Source: Bdellovibrionales bacterium RIFOXYD12_FULL_39_22 (lineage in GTDB: Bacteria; Bdellovibrionota; Bacteriovoracia; Bacteriovoracales; Bacteriovoracaceae). Taken from it: a DNA stretch of 64,000 nucleotides. The notes beneath the pieces are model-generated. The model was given only the letters and a program-made list of their open reading frames with translations. It was not told the DNA's origin and made no database searches. The stretch is taken from assembly GCA_001770205.1 (NCBI GenBank), contig MEQL01000039.1, positions 198,787 through 262,786 of the forward strand, in the 5' to 3' direction. The position numbers and the translations under genes were made by a program. Each line of letters starts with the position of its first letter. Position 1 is the first letter of the stretch. This document shows, one piece after another, positions 1 to 9,648 of the stretch.

Positions 1-382
1 TCTTTAATACGGCAATATCTTTTCGCGGCTCACTTCCAACCACGGTGGCCTTGTATTGTTTTTGATCATGATGAAAAGTGACAATAAAAGAATCACTATC
101 TCCCACAACATGAGCATTAGTGACGATATGCCCATCTGTATCCCAAAGAAATCCAGAACCAGATCCAACGGGGACTTCCACCGGGGAGTAATCCCAAAAA
201 GTCCGGGCCAATTTTATGCTGGTGATATTTACAACTGCACTATCATTTTTTTTGTAAATACTAATAGTGTTTTTTTCCTCTGCCGTCAGTCCATCACTCA
301 TCTGCCCATCAAGTAGTGCACTGGCCGGAAATAGCGGAATTATAAATAGCAAAAGAAAAAAAATTGCTTCTTGTTTTGTCAT
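1..382 (-). CDS. HtrA/DegP-like S1C serine protease, N-terminal part (runs off left edge; absent from ORF track)
   Basis: Manual translation from ATG at 382 (SD GGAG): MTKQEAIFFLLLFIIPLFPASA...EEKNTISIY...VVNITS...GSGSGFLWDTDGHIVTNAHVV...DIAVLK, carrying the TNAHVV His and DIAVLK Asp motifs. Confidence 0.9.
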   Translation of the reverse strand, partial: MTKQEAIFFLLLFIIPLFPASALLDGQMSDGLTAEEKNTISIYKKNDSAVVNITSIKLARTFWDYSPVEVPVGSGSGFLWDTDGHIVTNAHVVGDSDSFIVTFHHDQKQYKATVVGSEPRKDIAVLK

Positions 383-434
383 AACTGTTCTCCCGTTTAC
401 AATCAGTCTTAATACAAGTTATCGTCTCATTCAT

Positions 435-1319
435 ATGGAAATTAAAATTTATAACCGAAGAGAAAAGAAAATTGAAGTTGAAAAAGTGTTAGGCGGCAAG
501 GCCATAAGTTGGCTTTATGGAAATAATTATGGCCGCTTCGTGGAAAAAGGGCTGGCATTCAGCTTTATTAGTAAGATTTTTGGACTACTTCAAGAACAAG
601 GCAGTAGCAAAAAAAAGATTGTTCAATTTATAAAAGATTATTCAATCAAAATTGATGATTTTGAAGAAGAGGAATATCAAAATTTTAATCAATTTTTTAT
701 TCGTAAATATCGTCCAGGAATACGGGATTTTGTACAAACAAAAAACCTGATGCCGGCGTTTTGCGAGGCCCGCTACTTTGGATATAGACGCATTTTTCCT
801 GACGTAAAGATGCCGGTCAAAGGAATTTTTCTCTCTGCAAAGGCCTTGGTGGATAATGAAAAATGGTTTAATTTTTTTACTGATGGGCCGCTAATGATTG
901 CTCGCCTTTGTCCCGTGGATTATCATCGTTTCCATTTTCCTGATGATTGTAAAATTTTGGACAGCTATCGCATTCACGGCAAATTTCACTCCGTCAATCC
1001 TGTTGCGCTAGCGGCAAATGGTAAAGTTTTTCTTGAAAATGAACGCCAGGTAACTATCTTAGAAAGTGACAATTTTGGAAAGTTGGCCTTTATAGAAGTA
1101 GGAGCAATGTGCGTTGGAAAAATTGTACAGACCTATGCTGCCGGACAAGCAAAATTTAAACGTGGAGCTGAAAAGGGATATTTTTTATTTGGCGGATCCA
1201 CCGTTATTATCTTGGGAGAAAAAGATCGGTGGATTCCTGCTAATGATATTTTAGAAAATAGTGAGAAAGGAATTGAAGTTCTTGTGCCGTTAGGCGATGT
1301 TGTCGCTTCGCAAATTTGA
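435..1319 (+). CDS. psd: Phosphatidylserine decarboxylase proenzyme
   Basis: FNQFFIR, RLCPVDYHRFH, NER and GYFLFGGST self-cleavage motif; ATG 435 chosen to avoid overlap with the divergent protease. Confidence 0.9.
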   Translation: MEIKIYNRREKKIEVEKVLGGKAISWLYGNNYGRFVEKGLAFSFISKIFGLLQEQGSSKKKIVQFIKDYSIKIDDFEEEEYQNFNQFFIRKYRPGIRDFVQTKNLMPAFCEARYFGYRRIFPDVKMPVKGIFLSAKALVDNEKWFNFFTDGPLMIARLCPVDYHRFHFPDDCKILDSYRIHGKFHSVNPVALAANGKVFLENERQVTILESDNFGKLAFIEVGAMCVGKIVQTYAAGQAKFKRGAEKGYFLFGGSTVIILGEKDRWIPANDILENSEKGIEVLVPLGDVVASQI

Positions 1320-1466
1320 CTAAACTAATATCCATCTATACATCAGATTCCTTCCTGCATAACTGTTTACAACTCACACTGATAGAAGATATAAGATAGG
1401 GTAGCGCTTTTTATCGAATTTATTATTAAATTTGGCCCAAACGGCCTCAAAATAACTTGGTGTTTA

Positions 1467-2543
1467 ATGCTTTATCATTTTCTATATCCGCTCACCCAAT
1501 CCATAGGTGGGCCAACTATCTTCCGTTACATTACCTTTCGCGCCTTTTTTGCTTTTATGCTGGCCATCGTCATCTCTATTTTTTGGGGAAAACGTTTTAT
1601 TGCCTTTATGAAGCGCAAGCAATTTGGTCAGGTTATCCGAACAGATGGGCCAGAGACACACTTTAAGAAGGCCGGCACTCCCACCATGGGAGGAGTTGTA
1701 ATTCTTGGAACTATTTTTAGCACAACGGCCATCTGTGGTAATTTTTTATCTTTGCCGGTCCTCATGACACTCTTTGTGGCAATCTCATTATTCATTCTTG
1801 GATATATTGACGATTATTTGAAGGTTTTAAAGAAAAACACCAATGGAATTTCTGCTCGCGGCAAATTAGCATGGCAAATTTTAACTGCGGCCATTTTTGC
1901 AATTGTTTTAATTCAAAATGATGTTATCGATACCGCCCTCTACTTACCGTTTTATAAAGGGCCATTTATCGATATGAAATACCTCGCCATCCCCTTTATT
2001 ATTTTTGTTATCGTTGGTTCTAGTAATGCCGTTAATTTGACCGATGGCCTCGATGGATTGGCAATTGGGCCTATTATAACTAGTGCTGCTAGTTTGGGAT
2101 TATTGGCCTATGTTGGAGGGCATCGAGAAATTGCTTCATATCTATTTATCCCCTATGTCGAAAATGTCGGTGAGTTATTAGTCGTCGCCGCGGCCACCAT
2201 CGGTGCCGGGGTAGGTTTCTTATGGTATAACTCCTATCCCGCCGAAGTTTTCATGGGTGATGTTGGATCACTATCGCTGGGAGGTATTTTGGCCTCCATT
2301 GCTATCGCTACTCGCAATGAAGTTTTATTTGTTATCATCGGTGGAATTTTTGTGGTGGAAGCAGTATCCGTTATTTTACAGGTTGGTTCTTATAAATTAC
2401 GACAAAAGCGAATTTTCAAGATGGCACCCATTCATCATCATTTTGAATTAAAGGGATGGCCAGAGACAAAAGTAATTGTTCGCTTTTGGATTATCAGCAT
2501 TTTTTTAGCAATTTTTGCAATTGCCACTTTAAAGCTACGTTAG
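1467..2543 (+). CDS. mraY: Phospho-N-acetylmuramoyl-pentapeptide transferase
   Basis: KAGTPTMGG, DDYLK, NAVNLTDGLDG, FMGDVG, APIHHHFE; multi-TM. Confidence 0.97.
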   Translation: MLYHFLYPLTQSIGGPTIFRYITFRAFFAFMLAIVISIFWGKRFIAFMKRKQFGQVIRTDGPETHFKKAGTPTMGGVVILGTIFSTTAICGNFLSLPVLMTLFVAISLFILGYIDDYLKVLKKNTNGISARGKLAWQILTAAIFAIVLIQNDVIDTALYLPFYKGPFIDMKYLAIPFIIFVIVGSSNAVNLTDGLDGLAIGPIITSAASLGLLAYVGGHREIASYLFIPYVENVGELLVVAAATIGAGVGFLWYNSYPAEVFMGDVGSLSLGGILASIAIATRNEVLFVIIGGIFVVEAVSVILQVGSYKLRQKRIFKMAPIHHHFELKGWPETKVIVRFWIISIFLAIFAIATLKLR

Positions 2544-2561
2544 AAAAAAGGGAGAAATATT

Positions 2562-3944
2562 GTGGAAAGATATAGAAATAAAAAAGTATTAATTGTTGGT
2601 ATTGGCAGAACTGGTTTCAAACTTATTGAGTTTTTCAATAAACTTGAGTGCGACATTAAGGTCACCGACATTAAACCAATTTTTGACTTAAACAAAGCGG
2701 TAAAACGGTTAAAAAGAATTCAGCCCAATCCACAAATGTCTTTTGGTGAGCACAAAGATGAAGATTTTCTCGAGGCCGACATAATTGTTTATTCTTCATC
2801 GGTAAATCCCAAGCTTCCCCAGTTAGAGCTGGCCCGGGCCAAAGGGAAAGAAGTCTATTGCGAATTTTCCTTGGCCGCTTCTTTGTGTCGCAGGCCAGTT
2901 ATTGCAGTTTGTGGAAGCTATGGCCGTACTACAGTTGCCAACATGATTGGGTTCACCCTAAAGCAAGATGGGAAAAATGTTTTTGTTGGCGGAACCAGCG
3001 AAAATCCATTTATCGATTACGCCATGCTGCCCAGCAAGGATGAAATAGATTTTGTGGTTGTTGAAATTTCAGCACTACAATTACGAAGTATTTCCAATTT
3101 TCGCCCACACGTAGTGGTTTTTACCAACATCATGGAGGGATATCCCAAAGAACATTTCGATTCCGTAAGTGACTACATCGAGACAAAATTGGGGATTATA
3201 AAAATGCTAGGGCCTGATGATACTCTCATTGCTAACTTTGATCGCCTATCTAATAACGTCTTTTTGCGTAATGCTAAATGCAGAACCTATTGGTACTCAC
3301 GAAAATCGTTTATGGAAATGGGAGTTCTTAATGAAGTTCAAGGAACTCATTTTCATAATCGCCGTATAACTTGTAATATAAATTGTCACTCTGAATTCAT
3401 TGTTTCAAAAATGCGCATTGTGGGGGTTGATAACCGAGAAAACTTATTGGCCGCCATCACCGTCTGCAAAGCACTAGATATTTCTGATAAGGCCATCCAA
3501 ACGTGTGTGGAAAAATTTCCGGGAATCCAGCACCGCTTGGAATATGTAATGGAAAAAAATGGTGTTTGTTTTTACAATGACTCCAAGTCAGAGAACATGG
3601 AAACCCTGATAAAAAGCCTACAGGCCTTTAAGGCCCCAGTAATCTTAATCGCCGGCGGAAAGGACGTTGAAGATATTGATTACGACAAATACGCCAAAGA
3701 GATCATTGATTTAACCAGGGTCTTAGTTTTGGTTGGCGAAAGCAAAGAGCGAATGAACCGCTCTCTGGGAGAACACCCACAAACTTATATCGTTGGCTCT
3801 TTTGAAGAGTCCATCCTGTTTGCTTATCAAAAGTCTCGCACCGGGGATGTAATTTTATTATCTCCAGGAAACTCCAGTACTGACTTTTTTCGCGACTTTG
3901 ATGAACGAGGAAACTATTTCAAAAAATTAGTCTATCAACTGTAA
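2562..3944 (+). CDS. murD: MurD-family ligase (UDP-MurNAc-L-Ala:D-Glu ligase homologue) with atypical active-site motifs
   Basis: Position after mraY; GIGRTG, HRLE, NDSK, LIAGG, LLSPG..S..F..F.ERG; P-loop reads GSYGRTT. Confidence 0.8.
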   Translation: MERYRNKKVLIVGIGRTGFKLIEFFNKLECDIKVTDIKPIFDLNKAVKRLKRIQPNPQMSFGEHKDEDFLEADIIVYSSSVNPKLPQLELARAKGKEVYCEFSLAASLCRRPVIAVCGSYGRTTVANMIGFTLKQDGKNVFVGGTSENPFIDYAMLPSKDEIDFVVVEISALQLRSISNFRPHVVVFTNIMEGYPKEHFDSVSDYIETKLGIIKMLGPDDTLIANFDRLSNNVFLRNAKCRTYWYSRKSFMEMGVLNEVQGTHFHNRRITCNINCHSEFIVSKMRIVGVDNRENLLAAITVCKALDISDKAIQTCVEKFPGIQHRLEYVMEKNGVCFYNDSKSENMETLIKSLQAFKAPVILIAGGKDVEDIDYDKYAKEIIDLTRVLVLVGESKERMNRSLGEHPQTYIVGSFEESILFAYQKSRTGDVILLSPGNSSTDFFRDFDERGNYFKKLVYQL

Positions 3945-3965
3945 CGATAAAGTCGATATACACCA

Positions 3966-5126
3966 ATGGCACCAGATGTGACGAGTAACAAAGATTTGCC
4001 ATCTTACGATTTAGATCGCGCAGTTAAATATTTTATAATCATTATCGGATTAATCGCCATGCTGGGGTTAATAATGGTTTTTTCTTCCAGCTACATCTAT
4101 GCCAAAGAAACTTTTGGCTCTTCGACCTATTTTTTTTTCCGCCAATCATTTTTTATCGCGGCCGGTTTGTTGGTAGCACTCATAGTTGGCATCAGCAAAA
4201 TTAATTTTTGGATTAATTACGGACGATATCTAAACATTGTGGCCATTTTACTGTTACTTCTAACTTTTTTCCCTGGCATTGGGGTTGTAGTAAAAGGATC
4301 ACATCGTTGGATAAATATTTTAGGATTAACAGTGCAGCCGGGGGAGATAATTAAATTTACCACTATGCTGGCCGCCCTTTTTTATTTTGAAAATTTTTCC
4401 ATATTGGAGCGAAAAGAGAAGATAAAGCAAGGTATATTCCTAATAGCTCCGCTAGTGGTTTTAATTAAGCAGCCAGATTATGGAACCTTTTTAATCTGCT
4501 TCACCGTAATTGGATTTGTCTGCTTTATGAGTTCTTTTTCTCGTAAATATTTTTACATCTTTTTAGCTTCTGGCATTACTATAGGGGCCGCGGCATTATT
4601 CATTGAATCTTATCGCATTAAGCGAATTTTAACTTTCCTTGATCCTTGGAAAAATCCACAAACTTCTGGATTCCAAATTATTCAATCATATTTGGCGTTT
4701 GCAAATGGCGGAATCTTCGGGGAAGGATTGGGCAATAGCAATGAAAAACTTTTTTATCTTCCAGAAGCACATAACGATTTCATTTTTAGCGTAATTGGAG
4801 AGGAGCTGGGCCTTTTTGGTGTTTTAATGGCAATTTTACTTTTCGTGGCAATGATTTATCTGGGATTTAAGATCGCGCTAAAAATGGAAAGTCGAATGTC
4901 GCAAATTTTAGTTTCTACGGTCGTATTTGTGGTCGGATTGCAAGCACTTTTAAACATGGGAGTAGTTTTGGGATTATTGCCAACAAAAGGATTAAATCTT
5001 CCTTTTATTAGTTATGGCGGATCATCAATAATTTCTAACTTTTTTGCCATAGGACTGATAATCTCTGCCTTTAGGCAGACGCGAGTGATTCTGAATAATT
5101 CAGCATTAACTACGCAGGATAGATAG
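3966..5126 (+). CDS. ftsW: SEDS peptidoglycan polymerase FtsW
   Basis: HRWI, QPGE, QPDYG, LPEAHNDFIF, LPFISYGGSS. Confidence 0.95.
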   Translation: MAPDVTSNKDLPSYDLDRAVKYFIIIIGLIAMLGLIMVFSSSYIYAKETFGSSTYFFFRQSFFIAAGLLVALIVGISKINFWINYGRYLNIVAILLLLLTFFPGIGVVVKGSHRWINILGLTVQPGEIIKFTTMLAALFYFENFSILERKEKIKQGIFLIAPLVVLIKQPDYGTFLICFTVIGFVCFMSSFSRKYFYIFLASGITIGAAALFIESYRIKRILTFLDPWKNPQTSGFQIIQSYLAFANGGIFGEGLGNSNEKLFYLPEAHNDFIFSVIGEELGLFGVLMAILLFVAMIYLGFKIALKMESRMSQILVSTVVFVVGLQALLNMGVVLGLLPTKGLNLPFISYGGSSIISNFFAIGLIISAFRQTRVILNNSALTTQDR

Positions 5127-5151
5127 CAAGTACAGGTTGGGGGAAATTAAT

Positions 5152-6558
5152 ATGGGTGATATTAAGCACAAAAAAATTCATATATATTTTATCGGTATCG
5201 GTGGTATTGGCATGAGCGGTATTGCCGAAGTTTTAATTGCCCTCGGTTACCGCGTTTCGGGATCAGATCTCTCTTCTTCTGGAACTACCAAAAGACTAAC
5301 TGAATTGGGGGCCCATATCCATTTTGAACATCGGGCAGAGAATGTCCATGGAGCGACTATTGTCGTCTATAGTTCGGCAATAAACGCTGATAATCCAGAA
5401 ATGATTTATGCAAGAGAAAATAACATCCCCATCATGCGACGAGCGGAGATGATTGCTGAACTAATGCGTCTAAAACAGGGGCTGGCCATTGCAGGAACAC
5501 ATGGAAAAACTACCACCACCAGCATGCTGGCCACTATTTTACATGAGTGTAAACTAGACCCCACTTACATTATTGGTGGAATCGTAAAAAACTTAAATGG
5601 CCATGCTAAAATTGGAACCGGAAAATTTTTAGTGGTTGAATCTGACGAATCAGATGGTTCTTTTTTGCTTTTTAATCCCATAATTTCCGTTATCACTAAT
5701 ATTGATTATGACCACATGGATTTTTATAAGACTCGGGAAAATTTGCTAGATGCCTTTTTAGAGTTTGCCAACAAAGTTCCTTTCTACGGATCAGTCTCTT
5801 TAAATTTACATGATGAGAATATTAGAAAAATTAAAAGTAAGATTCGTCGTCCCAAAGTTGGATTTGGCATTTATGATGAGCTAAAAAACGAGGCCACACT
5901 AGATGAGCTTCCAATTTTTGATGCTAGAAACATCCGCTATGAAAAATTTAGCATTATCTATGATCTTTATATTAGCGGACAAAAAGAGGCCACCGTAAAT
6001 ATTAAAGTTCCCGGAAGACACAATGTTTTAAACTCACTCGGCGCCATCTCTATGGCCGTGCAATTGGGCCTGGAGATTAATCAAATCGCTAGCGCCATTT
6101 CAAAATTTGAAGGAACCGGCCGACGTTGTCAGTTATTATATGAAAAAGATAATTTTGAAATTATCGATGACTATGGACATCATCCCACTGAAATAGCTAG
6201 CACCTTAAATGCCATTCGCGCTGCTCGCGAAAATAAAAAAATTATTGTTATTTTTGAACCACATCGCTTCACACGAACGAGAGATTGTTGGAATGAGTTT
6301 TTCCATTGCTTTAATCTGGCCGACGAAGTCTATCTTTGTCCTATCTACCCGGCCAGTGAGCGTCCAATTTCCGGAATTGAATCGTCACGGCTGGCCACCG
6401 ACATTAATCGCTTACATCCCAACCTAATTACCGCCCTGGACTCTTCTGAGGAAATTGACAATATCGTCAAAAGATATAAAAAAAATCCCGTAACAATCAT
6501 TGCACTGGGAGCTGGGGCCATTGGTAAAAAAATCAGAGAGGTTGTGGCCAATCTATGA
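5152..6558 (+). CDS. murC: UDP-N-acetylmuramate--L-alanine ligase
   Basis: GIGGIGMSG, AGTHGKTTT, ESDESD, DHMD, DDYGHHPTE. Confidence 0.96.
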   Translation: MGDIKHKKIHIYFIGIGGIGMSGIAEVLIALGYRVSGSDLSSSGTTKRLTELGAHIHFEHRAENVHGATIVVYSSAINADNPEMIYARENNIPIMRRAEMIAELMRLKQGLAIAGTHGKTTTTSMLATILHECKLDPTYIIGGIVKNLNGHAKIGTGKFLVVESDESDGSFLLFNPIISVITNIDYDHMDFYKTRENLLDAFLEFANKVPFYGSVSLNLHDENIRKIKSKIRRPKVGFGIYDELKNEATLDELPIFDARNIRYEKFSIIYDLYISGQKEATVNIKVPGRHNVLNSLGAISMAVQLGLEINQIASAISKFEGTGRRCQLLYEKDNFEIIDDYGHHPTEIASTLNAIRAARENKKIIVIFEPHRFTRTRDCWNEFFHCFNLADEVYLCPIYPASERPISGIESSRLATDINRLHPNLITALDSSEEIDNIVKRYKKNPVTIIALGAGAIGKKIREVVANL

Positions 6559-7451
6559 AGGCATTATCGGATCTAGAAAATAATGACATTTCAATTGAAA
6601 AAGAAATTAGCTTAACCGACTACTCCACTATGCGCCTGCGCTCACAAGGAACAATTGTTAAAATAAAAAGCAAAGAGGCACTAATACAAGTTATCCAAAA
6701 ATTAGCAAAACACCAAATCAAATATCTCGTTATTGGCAATGGTTCCAATCTTCTTTTAAAGGAGGTAGAGCCCTCTCCCCTTTTAAAATTAGAGTTTCCA
6801 TTTGAACGAAAAATTTTAGAAACCGTTTCCCTTTCTTATAACTTGCCGGCGGCTATTCACCTTTCTTTATTAGTCAAAGCGGCAATGTCCTTGGGTTTGA
6901 AAGGATGGGAAGCATTGGCCGGTATTCCGGCCTCTTTAGGCGGTGCAGTGGCCATGAATGCCGGCACGGCCCTGGGCGAAATTTGCCAGATCGTGGAGAT
7001 GGTTAAAATTATAAACTCCAAGGGAGAGGAAAAAGTTTTAAATGTATCCCCAGTTGATTTCAAGTATCGTGGCAATAATTTTTTACAAGAAGGAGATGTT
7101 ATCTATGAGGTAACACTCAAACATTTAGGGATCGAGGCATCGCTTAAAGATACAATTTTGCACTATTTACAAAAAAGAACTGCTGAGCAACCACTCGATA
7201 AGAAAACCTGTGGTTCTGTTTTTAAAAATATAAAAAGTGAAGGAGTAACTTGCGCGGCCGGACATTATATTGATATAATGGGAATGAAGGGTTTTTCCAA
7301 GAACGGAATATCTGTTAGCAGTAAGCATGCTAACTTTTTTGAAAACGAAGAAGGTGGCACCTACAGTGATATGGTGTCAATGATGGAATATGTAAGAGGT
7401 GAGTTATATCTACAATTCGGAAAGAGATTCGATCCAGAAGTAAAAAGCTAG
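6555..7451 (+). CDS. murB: UDP-N-acetylenolpyruvoylglucosamine reductase
   Basis: GNGSNLL, GIPASLGGAVAMNAG, QP..CGSVFKN, KHANF. Confidence 0.93.
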   Translation: MKALSDLENNDISIEKEISLTDYSTMRLRSQGTIVKIKSKEALIQVIQKLAKHQIKYLVIGNGSNLLLKEVEPSPLLKLEFPFERKILETVSLSYNLPAAIHLSLLVKAAMSLGLKGWEALAGIPASLGGAVAMNAGTALGEICQIVEMVKIINSKGEEKVLNVSPVDFKYRGNNFLQEGDVIYEVTLKHLGIEASLKDTILHYLQKRTAEQPLDKKTCGSVFKNIKSEGVTCAAGHYIDIMGMKGFSKNGISVSSKHANFFENEEGGTYSDMVSMMEYVRGELYLQFGKRFDPEVKS

Positions 7452-7501
7452 CTACGCTATTTTTCTTTTTCATCTTTGCTACAACTCCTATCTGGGCGGC
7501 C

Positions 7502-8194
7502 ATGCCCACAGAATCTACCTCCGGGAATTTTCGCTACCGCACCTCTTTTGGCCATTGCCCCTCTCGAACTGCTGGAACACTGACATTAAAGTTGGTAAAA
7601 ACTTTTGAACACACAAACTCTCTCCGAGAACTAAAAAAAGATATTGTTAATGAAAATCTGGTGGAAAAACATTTTATCTCTGAATATTCTGTAAAATATG
7701 ATCCTATTCAAAAACTACTCTCCCTCAACTTTGATTGCCCCATTCCTCTTATGCGCGTGCAAATTTATAAAGAAAATAGTACCGATTCTTACGAAGCGCT
7801 CCTGGTTGATTCGGGAAAATTAGTTGATCCTACCTACGAAGAACTTTTACGCGGAGAACAGAAAATAATAAATCCGCTTCCATTTTTGGCCCTACCTGTA
7901 GGGGAAATGGATGAAAAAATTCAAAAGCAAATCACTACACTATTTAAAGGAATTCGTAAGGAACTTAAAAATAAAATTTCTGAGGTTATTATCGGAGCTA
8001 ATAGAGAATTAACTATTATTCTCTCCAGTGATCGAACACCTACTAGTGTTTTCATGGGAAGCGATGTTTGGGAGGAAAAGATTTTAAAACTGCAAAAAAT
8101 TGTTGCCTTTATGGAAGAGAAAGGGAAAACGCCGGCCATAATTAATCTTACAAACGCTAAAAAAGTTGTTGTCAAGTTTAGTGACAAATTCTAA
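7502..8194 (+). CDS. Putative divergent FtsQ/DivIB-like protein (true start probably upstream)
   Basis: Occupies the ftsQ slot between murB and ftsA; C-terminal IINLTNAKKVVVK resembles the FtsQ C-terminal strand; in-frame hydrophobic segment upstream of the ATG. Confidence 0.5.
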   Translation: MPTESTSGNFRYRTSFGHCPSRTAGTLTLKLVKTFEHTNSLRELKKDIVNENLVEKHFISEYSVKYDPIQKLLSLNFDCPIPLMRVQIYKENSTDSYEALLVDSGKLVDPTYEELLRGEQKIINPLPFLALPVGEMDEKIQKQITTLFKGIRKELKNKISEVIIGANRELTIILSSDRTPTSVFMGSDVWEEKILKLQKIVAFMEEKGKTPAIINLTNAKKVVVKFSDKF

Positions 8195-8298
8195 AATTTC
8201 TTAAGTGCATCATCATACTGTAGCATCACTATACAGTGGATTTTTGCGCGAGACGGAATGAGTCCGCCTTGTTCGAAGACACAGAGAAGGGAATCTCT

Positions 8299-9639
8299 AT
8301 GAGCGAAAAGAATGTCATCGTTGGACTTGATATCGGAACTACCAAGGTTTGTACCATTGTTGGAGCGATTAAGTCCGGTTTTGAAATTGAAATCATTGGT
8401 ATCGGAACTCACCCCTCGCATGGCCTTAAGAAAGGCTCCGTTGTAAACATTGATAAGACTGTAAGCTCCATTCAGGCATCTCTAGAAGAAGCAAAATTAA
8501 TGGCCGGAATTGATATTACTCACGCCACTATCGGAGTGGCCGGAAGCCACATTTATAGCTTTAACAGCTCTGGCGTGGTGGCCATTAAAGGTAAAGAGAT
8601 AACCAAAGAGGACGTTGACCGCGTATTAGAAGCGGCCAAAGCAGTAGTGATTCCCTCTGATCGAGAAATATTACACGTAATTCCCCAAGAATTTAAAGTA
8701 GACAATACGGCCGGAATAAAAAATCCCATCGGCATGTGCGGAGTTCGTCTTGAAGTTCATGTTCATGTTGTCACTGGCTCGGTGGCCCTTATTCAAAATT
8801 TAGTAAAATGCGTTGAACAGGCCGGCATTAAAGCACAACAAATAACTCTACAACCAATTGCTTCTTCCGAATCAGTTCTGACTGCAGAAGAAAAAGAATT
8901 AGGGGTAGTACTAATTGATATCGGCGGCGGAACAACAGACATTGCCGTTTGGAAAGATGGCAGTCTTATTCATTCCGAAATTGTTCCCGTGGGAGGGAAT
9001 CACTTCACTAATGATCTGGCCGTTGCACTAAAAATTCCCCATGTCGAAGCAGAGCGCATTAAAATAAACCACGGTTGTGTTTTGGCCGAAAAATTAAACC
9101 AATCGGCCCACATCACTGTCCGTGGACTAGCGGGAGTAGCACCACGAGAAGTGAAATTAAGTGTGGTGGCCGAGGTTTTAGGTGCTCGCGCCGAAGAACT
9201 TTTTAATATAATTAAAACGATTATTACTAATAAAAACTTAGAAGATAAGATCACGGGTGGATATATTCTTACCGGTGGAGGTGCTCTGATTCAATCGTTG
9301 CCAGAGTTGGCAGATTACATTCTGGAAGTACCAACTAAAATTGGATATCCCATTCCTTTTGGTGGAATGACCAATATAATGCAAAATCCACAATACTCAA
9401 CGGTGTTAGGCCTACTATTAGAGGCCTCAAAAGACATGCGCTTAGAGCTTCGGCCAGAAAAAGAAAGAAGCAATAAAAAGAAACGGGAAAAAATCGAAAA
9501 GAGCGATCGATTAGAAAGAATGGATCGCCATGAAAAAGAAAATAAAGAAAAGGATATTGATAATGAATTTTCTGAACATCCAGATCTGATTGGAAAACTC
9601 AGTCAGTCACTGAAAGCGGTGTTCGGAGAGATCTTTTAA
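8299..9639 (+). CDS. ftsA: Cell division protein FtsA
   Basis: GLDIGTTKV, DIGGGTTD, LTGGGA; C-terminal amphipathic helix. Confidence 0.96.
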   Translation: MSEKNVIVGLDIGTTKVCTIVGAIKSGFEIEIIGIGTHPSHGLKKGSVVNIDKTVSSIQASLEEAKLMAGIDITHATIGVAGSHIYSFNSSGVVAIKGKEITKEDVDRVLEAAKAVVIPSDREILHVIPQEFKVDNTAGIKNPIGMCGVRLEVHVHVVTGSVALIQNLVKCVEQAGIKAQQITLQPIASSESVLTAEEKELGVVLIDIGGGTTDIAVWKDGSLIHSEIVPVGGNHFTNDLAVALKIPHVEAERIKINHGCVLAEKLNQSAHITVRGLAGVAPREVKLSVVAEVLGARAEELFNIIKTIITNKNLEDKITGGYILTGGGALIQSLPELADYILEVPTKIGYPIPFGGMTNIMQNPQYSTVLGLLLEASKDMRLELRPEKERSNKKKREKIEKSDRLERMDRHEKENKEKDIDNEFSEHPDLIGKLSQSLKAVFGEIF

Positions 9640-9648
9640 GGGGGCCCT

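Noticed and set aside
56..434. ORF 56..316 and the N-terminal extension of psd from 267
   Set aside because: Both are antisense to the clear S1C protease gene at 1..382
9440..9570. Purine-rich low-complexity tract in ftsA
   Set aside because: Encodes a charged linker before the membrane-targeting helix; no exact DNA repeat
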